Part shown: positions 23,109-35,800 of the stretch, piece after piece | Numbering within the stretch: position 1 is the first letter of the stretch | Layout: every line of letters starts with the position of its first letter | Source: Klebsormidium nitens | Taxonomy: Eukaryota > Plantae > Klebsormidiophyceae | Direction: 5' to 3' | DNA: 64,000 bases | NCBI GenBank assembly: GCA_000708835.1 | Contig: DF236967.1 | Span: forward strand, 124,001-188,000 | The notes under the pieces: generated by a model | What the model was told of the DNA's origin: nothing | The model's input: the letters and a program-made list of their open reading frames with translations, nothing else | Databases searched by the model: none | Made by a program: the position numbers and the translations under genes

Positions 23109-26100
23109 CTACAACTTCCGAGTGATCTCTTTATCGATTCTGTCCCAATATGTCATCCGATGCACCCATTCGAGGGCTTGCTGCAGCTCTCCGGCTTGCA
23201 AAGCTGCGGCGAACGCAGCCCCGCTCTGGCGCATTTTCTCCGCATTCTGCGATATAAAATCGTATTGGCTTCAATCAGTCGGTGCTGATGTCAAATGACT
23301 GAAAAGCCCTCGGACGCTTTCCTCGTAGTACCTTCTCGCGTCCTTTCGTGTGAGTAAACACCTAATTCTATCATACCGTTCTCAAATACATCTACGTCGC
23401 AAGCCCTTCTCTGAGAAATGATGCTGATAAATCATCCGGACGACATTCCAGGCAGTCCGTTTCACTTGAGCTTCTGGCGCGACGGGCAAACCAATTCGCA
23501 CCTATCACACTGGTTATGATTCTCAAATGTTCGAGATTGGAGACGTGGACGTGGAGACGGCGTCAGACCGAAAGGGCAACAACGAAGTGTGAAACAAAGT
23601 GTTCGGCCGTCAAGTGCAACTCACCTCCTGGTGCAGCTTCTGCAGACCTCCTATGTCTTCCGCCTCCTCAATCGCCTCACGAATCTCCATTACCTGTTGA
23701 AGTAAAACGACAACTTCAAAGAACAGCACGAGACTCACGCACATGTCGTACCTTAAGACATGGACCGACTTCCAAATCTGCTCGATTTGCGAAGTAACTT
23801 CTAAGAAAGCAGGCTTTCGAGCGTCATCGCACAAGCGAGCAGATTCAGCCATCATTTCTTGCTTCCGTGTGGCGGCCACACTGCCTCTGCGAGTACTACT
23901 TCACAGCCACACTTTGCAGAGTCCGCGTCCTTCTTCATTCCAAAGTGCCGCTTACAATTCTTCCGAAGCGATTGCGTCTTGCAGGCCCGAAGTCCGTGGT
24001 CTCACCTCGCTCAGAAGCTCGAAGTCTGACATTGTCCCTTCTTCCCCGTCGCCCGCTTCGATGCCCCTTAGTCGGAGCTGCAAGTGTCGAATACAAACCG
24101 TGTCAACAAGTCCAGAAGCGCTGCAGAGCACAACAAAAACCTGAGGGCGGCAGTTGCAATTTGCTGTAGGATTTGACCTGTTGCGTGTGCAGCGTGCCTT
24201 TCGCAACATAGAAGAGCCCGTGCTGGAACAGGTGCAACGCCTAGAATCTGCAGCGCTGACCAGGAGGATGATTTAAGGCATCACTAAGATCTGCAGCAGT
24301 AAACATAACACAGAGGAGGCGGCGCGGGAACTGACCAGATAAATCGCTCTGGAAAGCGGATTGACCAGAGTAGCGTAGGCCTTGTTTACCAGCGAAGACT
24401 GGTCCGCTGAGAAGTCTTGCTCGACCTGCAAGAAGCAAAGGCACGTGGTTCGATGGGGCACCAGATTTTGTTGCCCTTCACAAATTGACGAAGTGAATAG
24501 TGGTAACCTCAGCGCAGATTATCTAATACAAATGTGGAGCCAGAAGTTCAGAAGATGACATAAGACAGCGCTCAGACCAGCTTAGAACCAGAGGCCACCA
24601 CCAGACGCCTCAAAACTGATACACCTGTCAAGGTGACCATTCCCTGCGGACATCGACTTTTCTGCGCTAACTTCTTGTGACAGAAATCGTCAGCTTCCAG
24701 AATTGCCGATAAGGAACGTCTATGAACCTGCATGCCTCCCAGCACTTCCACAAAACGTCAAAAGATCCCTATCACAGGCCCTTCTACATATCTTGATTCC
24801 CGGATGACAGACAAGGGATGCACAGACAGCTCAGAACTAGCTTACCACCGAATCCAGTCTTAGGTCAGACCTTTCTCTGCAAAACCAGTCTCTTTCAGAA
24901 TGCAGCAAGCCGCTTTCTGTAGGGCCACAAACAGTGAAACCAGTTGCAGGATCAATAGATTTACGATTATGATGCGTCAAACATCCAATTATCACACCCA
25001 CCTTTTGCTTCGTCGCATACATGTCTGGATGGAGCTTTCTTTGCAGGGCCTTGTACTTCCCCTCAATCACCGGAAGATTCACCATGAAAGTTGGCTCTCT
25101 GCATGAAAAGAAGATGTCCATAATCTTGCTTCGTCTTCATAAGACGACCAGGGTCAAAGGTGCGGGCACGCTTCAGCATTCAAATCAACGCAAGTTAATT
25201 ATGTGTGCGCTGTTGATGGATGCTATGATCGTGACCGCTAGAACACAGTCCAGTAGTTTTGTGTGACTCAAAGGAGCGCTGCAAAGTCACTTTGATTGTC
25301 TTGAGGTGTACCGTTGAAACAGCCGCGGGGCTCTACCTTAAACTTGTCATGACACGTCACTCCCTCTGAGTTGCAGAATCATATGGATTGGCCACCAAGG
25401 TCACACATTAGTAAAAGTGCCAAGCACCCCGACAGCAACTTGGAGATGAACAAGGTTTTTGGTGTGTGAGACAAGAACGGGCACAGCGCCCGAGGACTTT
25501 CTTCAAAATGATACGTGCTGATAATCAGCAGATTGAAACCAGATTGGATTGGCCCAAGGAGGTCTTCAATGGAGCAAGAGGGGGATGAGTGTAGATACAA
25601 AGGTAGTGAGTGGGACAAACTAGGTGCGTTCTGGCACCAGCTTACACGCCCAGCAGCTGGAAGTAATCAGCGGTGTCGCTTGCTGCCTGAATGGCCCCAC
25701 ATTGGTTGCAGAAGAACAAGGTGTCATCCCCGTGTGCGGACCCACAAGACCAGCATTCTGCACTGTGCTGAGACTCCTGTGCCTTGGATGACGAGAAACT
25801 TCGTCGACAGAGTGCAGCTGATCTTGCAATTGCATCGTATTGTCCCAGCTTTGCTATTGAGCTTGTCGCTGTTATGAGTGCGTGATGGGCATTTTGAACA
25901 TTTCTAAGTTGCTGTGTAGCAGGACCAGATTGAAAAGGCTTTACAGAAGAGGATACTAAAGGTATGCTCCTCAAAAGGTGGCACTTTTCTAATTGTCTAC
26001 CTGATTGACAGTAAGCCTCACCACCTGATGTATCGACATTTGCCGCGCTCCCTATATCTTTACCACTAGCACTGCAATCTAAATTCTTGTTAAAGTCACA

Positions 26101-26361
26101 AGGTGAAACCAAAAATCCGCAGTCTCCGGTTTCCTGTTGGAAGGATGCAGGCCATGTGCGCCAACGTTTTGCCAGCCCTGACAACGTTCTCCACCACCTA
26201 TCGTTCTGCTCTCCAAAAAGGACACCAGACCTGGACGCAGCAGAATCAAGTCCTAGGGCATGTGCCCGCCACAACATTTGCCAAGGTGTTGGCGGCATTG
26301 CTGATTCAGAGGCTACCCATAAACCATCGCGCAGTGCAAGCGGGCGTTGGCACAGCGGCAA
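23109..26361 (-). CDS. HSCB: Iron-sulfur cluster co-chaperone HscB/Hsc20 (J-domain), start codon unresolved
   Basis: CWSC..FFCNQC zinc motif, DYFQLLG, YKALQRKLHPD J-domain, SSLVNKAYATLVNPLSRAIYL, VMEIREAIEEA, YWDRID. Exons: first ends at 25646, then 25002-25098, 24336-24425, 24006-24077, 23625-23693, 23109-23246, all phase-consistent. Confidence 0.93.
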
Positions 26362-26486
26362 GCTTCTTACGGTAGAACCTCTCTCCTTCGATCACGGATT
26401 GCGCTTCCTGCTCTCTTCGACAGTCGCCTCGTCGGAGCTCCAGCTGTACATTGCGGCCGCACTGTTCCATCATGCAGGATCACAGT

Positions 26487-26586
26487 CGTGACGTCACGTT
26501 AGGAGTTGAAGGCCGTCGATAGAGAGTTGATGGAGTTGAAGGCCGTTCGATCAACATCGTGCTGCCAAGTGGCATGGTGACGTGGC
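26487..26586. promoter_or_regulatory. ACGT-core bZIP-type elements in the divergent HSCB/orphan intergenic region
   Basis: 12-bp palindrome CGTGACGTCACG at 26487-26498 and ABRE-like ACGTGGC at 26580-26586. Motif match only. Confidence 0.35.
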
Positions 26587-26833
26587 GTTCAAAAGCGACG
26601 TCTGCAATAGATTCTCGTGGCGCTGATTCATCAGCTCTGAATCTTAGAGTCTGAATCTTAGACTAGTGAGGTGACCCCAGCTTCAGAAGATGACCTTTTG
26701 TAGAAGTGCTGCTTTGCGTCTTCTTTGTTGAACAAGAAAGCAGAAGTCCGCTTTGAAATTGTGATCGTGGCGCTTGCACACCCCGCGCATCCTGTGTCTG
26801 CTTCATCTGGCTCTGATCCATCAAAGTACCGCA

Positions 26834-28253
26834 ATGGCTACTCAAGATGCAGGCACTGCTACGTCGCACCACAAACCCACAAACATTGCAAAGGATACTC
26901 CGCATCCTGAGCTAAAGGAGCACGGCAAGTCGCCTGGGAGCTTTCTGCATCAGCGGGGCCATGCAACAGGGTTCAACAGGTATTTCAGTGCCAGGGTAAG
27001 CGTCAAAGGGCTCCCCATCTTCGATGAAACGTTTTGCAGTTTCTATGCATGCACTGCAGGTGCTGTCCCTTTCAGGAACCTCCTATCCATTTTTCCTCTG
27101 CTGAGCTCCGTCAAGTTCGAATGCAAAGTGGAAGACACTCTGGCACATTAGCTGCTTCTGATCTACTCCATCTGGAATGCTGATTGTTGAAAGTCTTAAT
27201 GGGTTGGCCACGCTGTGTAGGATAGAGGAGCATAAGAGCTTCAGGAACATCGCAAAGCTTGAGAAGGAAATGAACATCATGTTTCTGATTTCCCATTTTT
27301 GATCTGCAGTTGCTGCCTATGTATCCCATGATAGCTGCTGTGGGGCTGGGAATAGGCTTGGCAGGGTACACGATGTATCATGCTCTCATTGTGAGCCCTG
27401 AAGTACAGTAAGTCACATCCTCTTTGGTGACGCTTTGATTTGGTGCTTGGCGGGTCATTCAGAGTTGTGGTCCTATCGCAGACCCCATTTTCCATTGTAG
27501 CCATTCCTGTGAGCCATAGATTGAGTGGACAGTTGAAAGCTTGTGAGTTTGAGTTTTAGGGGAGTCGCCAAGCATTATTCGAATTTTCAGACACAGCGCT
27601 GTTGGATTTGAGTAGGTGAGCACCATTGTTCACACCCTGGCAAAAGCAGTTGACTTCATGTCATTCTCATTCTCATTCACAGTGTTTTCAAGGACCGCCG
27701 GAGTGGTGTGCCTGAGCTGGAGGACGCTGAGGCGATGCACAAAAGGGGTGTGGCATACAAGCATGCTTATCCCTTGAGGAGCGGTGCCAAGGTATGAAAG
27801 TACTTGCCGATGTTGTAGTCAACCAGGAATAAGGGCCCAGGAAGCTGCGAATGCCGTGCAGTTCAGTCAGCTCATTCTCTATTTTTGCGATGTGGAACGC
27901 TCAGTCTGTGTCATTGCTGTTGCAGCAGACTTTTAACCATTCCATAGATGTCATACATTTCCTTTTGAGTTCACTCATCTCATTCATTTTCCTTGATAGT
28001 TGAAGACTACAGCACGCTAATGGATGTGACGAATTTGCAACCAAAAAGCCAGTGTTAACACATTGATTGTATGTACACGCAGGCTGACAACGCTGTGGTC
28101 CAGAACCTCCACGCTTTCAGCCTTCAGCCGCCCGTTCTGCCGGGAGATGATGCTCACCCCAGCCGTCTAGGCAACACTGACTTTGGTCCTGGGTCTAGCG
28201 CAACCAAGTCTTATGGTCCTGGAGCAGGGTCCAACCAGGCGACAAAGCACTGA
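26834..28253 (+). CDS. Small hydrophilic orphan protein, ~141 aa, 3 exons
   Basis: Exons 26834-26979, 27683-27791, 28083-28253 join in frame (phases 2, 0): MATQDAGTATSHHKPTNIAK..GFNSVFKDRRSGVPELED..PLRSGAKADNAVVQ..GPGAGSNQATKH*. Confidence 0.5.
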
Positions 28254-29894
28254 TTTCTCACGTCAATCAGTCTGGGCATTGCTGTGCTGCCTCAGCTTGA
28301 CGGTTTCGATTGTAAGCGTAGCAAGGAGGATGTATTCTAGGTGAGAGCTCATGTGCTATTAGGCGAAGTGTTGCTGGTCAAATACAGAAAGATGGAGTAG
28401 AACAATGTCCAAGTACGGCTTCGAGAATGTTGGAAGCATACGTCCAGATGCTGCCATTTTGTAACTTAGAACACTAACTGAGATCACGTCTGATGTAAAT
28501 TGCGGGTCGAAGGGTTGTACAAGGTTGTACGGTCGAACTTGGTGATCTAATGTCTCTTAAGCCGAACCAGATTGCAACGATTCGACAAGGGTTCTTGCAC
28601 ATCTCCTCCAAGGCAGTCCAAAAAGTTTTCCAAGTACAGCCTTATTGGGGGTGTTACAGGACTTGCCTGTTGATGTGGCCCCAAGCCATTTTCCAAGATG
28701 GTCATGCCAGCAAAGCACCTCATTGAGCGTGCATTTCACCCGACACTATAACATCGTCCACAGCTTGCACTTGCCACAGTTGGGTCGCATTGTATGAACT
28801 GGGTGTTTGGTCATGCCTGCAAAAGGATCACTGCACGGGGAAGTGCGGTGTTAAAATGTGCGTTTTGACTTGGCCGCGCGGGTCACTATACTTCAGATTA
28901 CAAGCAAGGGCTGGCTGCGCCACCCCTTAAGGCAGCCTGTGGTCCTTGTATATTGCAACATACGGGATTGAAACATGCAGCATGGCATGGGCAGCTGCAA
29001 GCCACCAAGGATTTTGATCACAAGAGGATTCAATGATTGAGGATTCAAAACCTTGAAACAGCTATGCAGCGTATGGTACTAGCTACATGTGCATGCCGGC
29101 AGGCAGCCGCGGTGCTCCCAAAGTTCCGCAGAGCTGTTGTGCATGTATGTCAAGCTGAACACAACGTGCATCATGATGTACGCACGTGTAGCTAAAGTGA
29201 CGGGCTGTGGGCCCCTGCGAAGTACTATTAGAGGGAGCGATATCGCTCCCTCTAGCTTTCAATAACGTCCGCATGATCATCTCAGCTGACCGTGGTGCAC
29301 CACGGTCAGCTTCATGAAGCGCGTCAGTTAAAGATGAAGGAGAAAGATGGAACATGTTGTAGCTACGTACACTGATGTGCTCTCGTTGCTCCGCGGGAAT
29401 TAGCGCATCCGCAATGACAAAAGCTTATGGAAATTAGGTCGATGCAATCAGTCGCCTCTAGCTCAATGAATAGAGGAGACACTAAAGTTCCTCAATCATT
29501 GAGATCTGGCTTCTGCAGGGCTCTTAAATCAAGCCGTTTAGCTAACATTTATGCATCATCCCTGCTAGGTCCACGTACTGAAGACGCCGGGTACGGGCCA
29601 AAGACGAAGACAACATGTGTCTGCATTGACAAAAGAATTGCGCATGCATTTGCTCGATGCGAGAGTCATTCTCTAGACGTAATGCCAAGAATATGAATGA
29701 GGAGAAGCAATTCGCCGCGTACAATCATGCATAATGGGAGGCCTCTACACCAAGTCAGTGAAGGGCAGGGTTGGTCTGTGTTTTGTAGAGTTCCAGTAAA
29801 AGCGGTATGTTTGCAGTCAGTCAAAACCGTTTCAATCTTATATCCTTTGGACCAGCCACACAGGTGATATCGTCAATCACTTAAGCCTCATCCT

Positions 29895-32800
29895 CTAAAC
29901 CCACTGCCGTCGAGCAGATTGCCGGGACGCAGCCCCAGACGGTGTGATTGCTGCCCCGGGTTGCTTCAGCCTGCTCGGAGGAGCAGGTATAGCTGAGGTG
30001 GGAACTGGGACTTGCAAGGCTTCTTCAATGGACGACGATCGGCGATGGATTGCGACTCGGCCCGGTGCAATTGGAATCGACGTGCCGGCCATAGTGAGGC
30101 GCCGGGGTGTGGGCAGTTTGGACGCGCTTTCACTGCTGCAATGAAAACAGTGGAAGGGTGGTCAGAGTTGTTTCATGATAGAATATGAGGGTGTGAAGGA
30201 AATGGCTACCCTGGAGCGTAAACGGTGCATAAGCTGAATAGAAGAATCTGCAGTTCCTTTCTCCGTGCATCGACCGATTGATCAGTCCACACGACCTAGA
30301 ACAGAGGGATACACGAAGTCAAGATGGTGAAACCGAGATTAGTTCTTTTCCAACTCATCATCAGAAGCAGCTGATCGAAGCCGGCAGAAAGGTACTCTCA
30401 AAAGCACACGGAGGTTTTCATTCTCACCTCAATGAGCCCATCCTCAGCCTCGACGCCCCGCTTTGCTTCTCGAACAAAGACCCCTTTCCGATCGGGGACG
30501 CGCCCCCGGGCAGCAGCGCCGGCGTGCTCCCCTCCTCATCGTTCTCCTTTTCAATCCTGGTGACGTTTCCCCGGCTCTCCCCCTTCTTCAGCCGCGAGTC
30601 CGGCCGCGCCGTTGGCAGCGGAAGATTGAAGTCCTCCGAGGACGCTCGCAGGGGGTCCTTTGCTCGGGGAGTGCGAGCGGGGGACACCGGGGGGGACTCC
30701 GAGACGGGGGCGCTGCCGACGGAGACTGTGCGTCGATGGGCAGGCTTCTCTGGGAACCCATTGCCTGGTTGAAGCAACTGGGAATCGTTTGGCTCTGGCA
30801 CCGAGGCGGATTGTTCCCTGGGCTGTTGCGGCTCGCCGATTGGGTGACCCACACCTAGTTCCTCGTCACCCGAGCCTTCACTTTGCAGCACCTCCCCTGA
30901 GCTGTCGCTCTCAGACCAAGCGCCCGCCAAGGGTTCCCTCGGTTGTGCGGGATGGCCGTTCGCGGCCGGCTCGCCGCCCTCAGCTTGCCAAGACGGTGCC
31001 AAAATCTCCAAACCCTCGCTCTGAGCGAACGCTCCGGGATCCCGCTCCGCTGCCGCTGCCGCGGCCGCCGCTCTTGTCAGGATGCCGGCCGACAGCGGGG
31101 TTTCCAGGCTGTGAGACGCTGGCTTTCCGGTGTTCCGCCGGGTGAGGATCTTCCGGACCCCCGGAATTGAGGGCGGCAGGCCGCGGCTGCGAGTGAAGCG
31201 CCCGGTGGACAGTCGACCCTGCGAATCCAGAAACCGGAAGCTGTGAGCATAAGCTATGAATCTGATACGATGCTACCATCTCTTCCGGTCAGTTGACACG
31301 GCAGAGCTGTCGGTAGCAGGGAGCGTTTCACCAATCGTACCGAACGTGAGTAGTCGATACAATCGTCCATTGAGGCGCTATTCAAAAGGTCTGACCATGG
31401 CGTCGTGGTTCAAGACGGAATGCGAGTAGCAAATCGAATGACATCAGAATACAAACCTTGCCGATCATCGAAACCAAGACAGCAACACCCTGGCCTCCTT
31501 GAGAAGCTGACCAACACTGGACATGCACCGCTAGCAACGAGAGATCATCCTACCCACCTCGCTGGGTGCGTCCCGCTCCTCCACAATGGCGCTCATCCCC
31601 TCCCCCAGGCGCTTTACCCGGGCATTCTTCTCGGGTTCCTTCTCGGGCGACAAAGCGCGCTTGGCCAGCCCGCCCTCGCTCAAGCGGCGGTCGGGCGCGA
31701 CGCGCGCGGGGGCGGCCGCGGCCGCGAGGGTGTTGGCTCGGTTGACTGCCTCCGCTTTGAGCTGCTGCAGCCGCTCAATCTCTGCCGCCTTGCGCTGCAG
31801 CTCGTCCTTTAGATTCGCGATCTGCGGGTGCGACACGTGGCAGAAGGTCATTGGCGGTCACCAGGAGGAGCTTGCGCGGTACGAGGGCGTGAGAAAGCCC
31901 TCCCTCTTGAGAACGATTCTCGAATGTCGAAGAGCCTACACAAAAACCTGGTTCGCAAAAGTCAAGCCGGCTGACCCAAGCGGACTGTGAAGAGACATTG
32001 TCTCCGCCAATTTAACGGTACTTTTGCAGAGGACCTTCCGTAGACGGGCTGAGTAAAAGCCAGTTGCTCAGCCCGATCTAGATACTCCTCTAAATCGGTA
32101 TCTCTCCTCTGGCAGCCTCCATATTTTGAACGGTCCACCCCACCTGCCATGTCACCGATCGGGCTGTCAACAAACATTCGACTGCTCGTCCATGATTAAA
32201 CCATAATCTCTTCTCCGCAGGCTGTTGTTTTGAAACAGTCAGGCGGGTTCCCACCCTCACCTTTTCCCGCGACTCCCGCAGCTCCGCGCTCTCCGCGTTC
32301 CTGCTGGACGCCCCCAGTTCGACGCTGGCCACGCGCTTGGCGAACGTGAGCGTGCTCACCGTCTCGTTGTACGACTCCTCGTCCGGGGACACGTGCACGA
32401 ACATCAGCGTCTTGGCCTGCTTGCCTGCAAACAAAAAGGCCAAAAAGCTTCGTACTTTCGAAAAGGCTGAGCCTTTCAATGAGGACGCCGGAGTTCTAGC
32501 CGCCGCGCGGCGATGGCATTCTGGCCGTCAGCGACAGAGTTGCGAGCTTGTAATAGAGTGTTACGCCTAGGACAATGAATCTGCAGCTGCGAACGTGCTT
32601 GGACACCTCCGGCTTCCCGATCGGAAATGTTCGGCTTCAGTTCTGACCAGACGGTGAACAACGATCTTTTTACTGTACACTTCTATCCACCGGCCGTTTC
32701 CTTCTTATCGGAACTACTAAAAGGAGAAGTGAGCTGACAAGTGGCGAGGCCTCGCCAAGAGCCGTTATTGTCTTCTTCACCCCTCACCCAGCGCGTCCTG

Positions 32801-35800
32801 CAGCAGCTGCGTCAACTTGCTGTTGCGGTAGGGCACGTGCGCGCTCTTGCTCGCGAGCGCCGCGATGACGTCACCCAGCGCGGACAGGCTCTTGTTGATG
32901 TGCTGCGCTTCGCGGAGTCGGTCCCCGGTCGCTTCGGACCGGTCCACCCGCTCGCTCCCGGCCAGGTCTACCAGGTGCAGGCAGCCGCGCAGGATGGCGC
33001 CCGAGAGCACCTCCTGGCCGTACACGTGGACGGTCAAGACGCTGCGAAGATAAAAGTGGGGCTGGTAAGCTTGCTGATCGGGGGCTTTGGTCGTTGAGTA
33101 CCTAGAGGGCCTCGATGAGAAAACGGGGTGGACCTAGATCGCAATGCACCACTGAAAACCCGTCTCACTCGCGGACCTGGTTCGTTGCGGCTTGGTAGTT
33201 TTGATGGAACCGGGGTCTCGTTTACGAGCAAAATCCACGATCGTCAGATGTGCTTGAGAGACGCGACCCAAGTGCGAGTGCAGGGATTCCGAAGTATCGA
33301 CGCCAAAGTTCAAGAGCATGGCACCCTTCCAGACTGCTCAAGGAGAAAAATACTGCGGGATTCCATGTTTGCATCTAAACGTGTCCCATAGACCGCATCT
33401 CCATGCTCTGTATTGATGTAACGGCTTTTTAGGCTGCCATTTGGGACTGCCAAAAGCTAAGCAGAGCGAGAGCTCGCCTGTGCGACCGGCTGCTGCGCTC
33501 GTTGAGCGAGGTGCACGCGACCGCGCGGTTGCGCATGCCCAGGTCCATGAGGCGCAGGACGTCCGCGGTGGAACAGACCGGCACCTTGGTGGCGTCCGGC
33601 ACGTTCAGGCCGTCCACCTGGCTGCTGTTGCGGATCTCCAGCGTGCGGAGGAAGTTCAGGTCAAGGATAAACAGAAAACCGCGACTTGAACTGTCACAAA
33701 CGTTGCCTTGAACTCCTCGCTTCCGCCTTAGATACCATCCTTTTGAGCTGTGAACACCTTGCTTCCTGGACCGAAAGACAGCGACGGTGCACGTTGTTCA
33801 ACCTTTGCTCTGCCTCTGCATGCGCGAAACTCCACGACAGGACAAGCAAGCAAGCTAGAAAAGGCGACCAACAGTCCACGTGTTGTTTCTCCACTGCGCG
33901 TTCCAGCTTTGCGACCAAACTCGAGCAAAATAGAGAGGAAACAGAAACCGGCGCGTGCGTGAAGGATATGATCGTGGCCCGTTGCCGGTGCTGTCGAGCA
34001 GGTCCCGCACTTGTTCGTTGTAGATCTCGACCATCTGCACGCCCACCTCGTACCGCATCGTCTGCGCGCGCTCGCTCCCGAGACCAAACAGGTCGTTCAG
34101 CGCGCGCACATTCACGCCCCAATCCGTCTGCGAGGGGTTGTTGGGGCCGGCCTGCGGAATAAGGCACTGCGCTTGTGGGGGACTGCTCAGTGTGGGGTCA
34201 AGATTTGAGAGCCATTGTGGTGAAGGGGTTGGAGGCCCCATTGCGTACGGAAGAGCGTGATTGCAGTGTACCTTGGTAATCATTGTTCAGCGAACGCATA
34301 CTCTTCTGATTGTTGAAAGATCAGCCAGAAATGTGTTTCAAACTTTCATGTGCAGACTTCTCAAGCGACGCGAACGGTTGACGTTGTACTTGTTGGATAT
34401 TTCCGGGTGTTTTCTTGAGATTGTGATCGCTACAAACCGTTTTGATTGGGCTGCCAAGCTTCCGAGTTCGCTGCATGACAGGGTCATCTCCCGTCCCAAG
34501 ATCTAGTGGCCGATCCCAAAGGTTGGACGTATTGAGGAAATTCCGGGACTTCAACATAGTACCAGAACTTTGACTGCCTAGTGACGTCACGTTAGACGAG
34601 TTTATTTTGGTTATAACAAACCAATATCCTCTACCAAACAAACCCCGGCTCACCATGGTAAACGTCTTCCCCGACCCAGTCTGCCCGTATGCGAAGATAC
34701 ACACGTTGTACCCGTCGAGCACCGACCGGATCAGCGGGCGCGTGTCAGCAAAGATCGCCTCCTGGCTCGTCCCAGGCCCAAAGACTTTGTCGAAGGAGAA
34801 GCCGCGGCGGCTGTTGGGCTTGACGGAGCTTCCGACCATGATGTCACCATTGGGACCGGTGAACTCAACGCAGCTGGGGCGTGTGCGCTCGTGGGAGTGC
34901 AAGGGCCGCACGCGACAGTACACGCGGATGTTGCCTGGCGGGAGAAAGAGCCGCTACGAGTTACTTCCTTTTAAGCGGTAAGCAATTTCAAGACTACTTC
35001 GTTCTATTGGGAATGTATCTTGTGATGACTTGGTCAAGACCCCTGGGGGTCAACTGCAAGCCGAAAGGACAACATGCACGATCGGATGATTTGTCAGTGG
35101 GATTGGGGTTCTCAGGCAACCTGCAAGATGGTCATTATGTCACTTCATTCTTTGCCCCAGGGCACGAGGCTTTGAAGCAGAATGGCAGGCAAAAACAAGT
35201 CGTGGAGCAGATTAAATCTGGATGGAAATGCCAGCGCCCGGCGTGCATCTTGGGACCAAGCAACGGGTTACGGGTTACCTAAGTTCACTGCGTTTCTAAG
35301 AAAGGCACGCCATCTTCGTAAAAGCGTTTCTTCAAGAAGAGATGCGCCAGACTCGATCACGAAAATTTCGATAATGTCTCGTCTAAGCAAGCTTCGCCCG
35401 TACCTTTGAGGTCCTGCACTTCGTTGTACAGCTTCCTGTTCTCGTCCAGCACCTTTTGGTAGCCCTGCGTCACGCGCGCCAGCTCGACCATCTGGCCCTC
35501 TGTACACCACGTAATGCCATACGAGTTAAGTGGTGACCGACAAAAAATTGCTATTTCGTATACTACGAAGAGCGAGCCAACGATACTAAAGATTGACGAT
35601 GGCTTGTAGATAAGGGGCTGACAGGGACTCGAGCAAAGTTGATGCGGTCAGGTGGCAAGAAGGAAGCAGGATCGATTGGTAGCGTGACATCTTACCTAAG
35701 CTTCTGAGATGGTCGCGCCAGTTTTCCTCACTCCGATGCACCTCTGTCTTTGTGTCAACCAGAGCTCGTTTTAAAGCCTGCAAAGAAAGGCAAGAAAGTT

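Noticed and set aside
29839-29848. ATATCCTTT U12-like donor motif (similar GTATCCTTT on - near 26890-26898)
   Set aside because: Opposite strand to the local gene, with no matching branch site or exon context.
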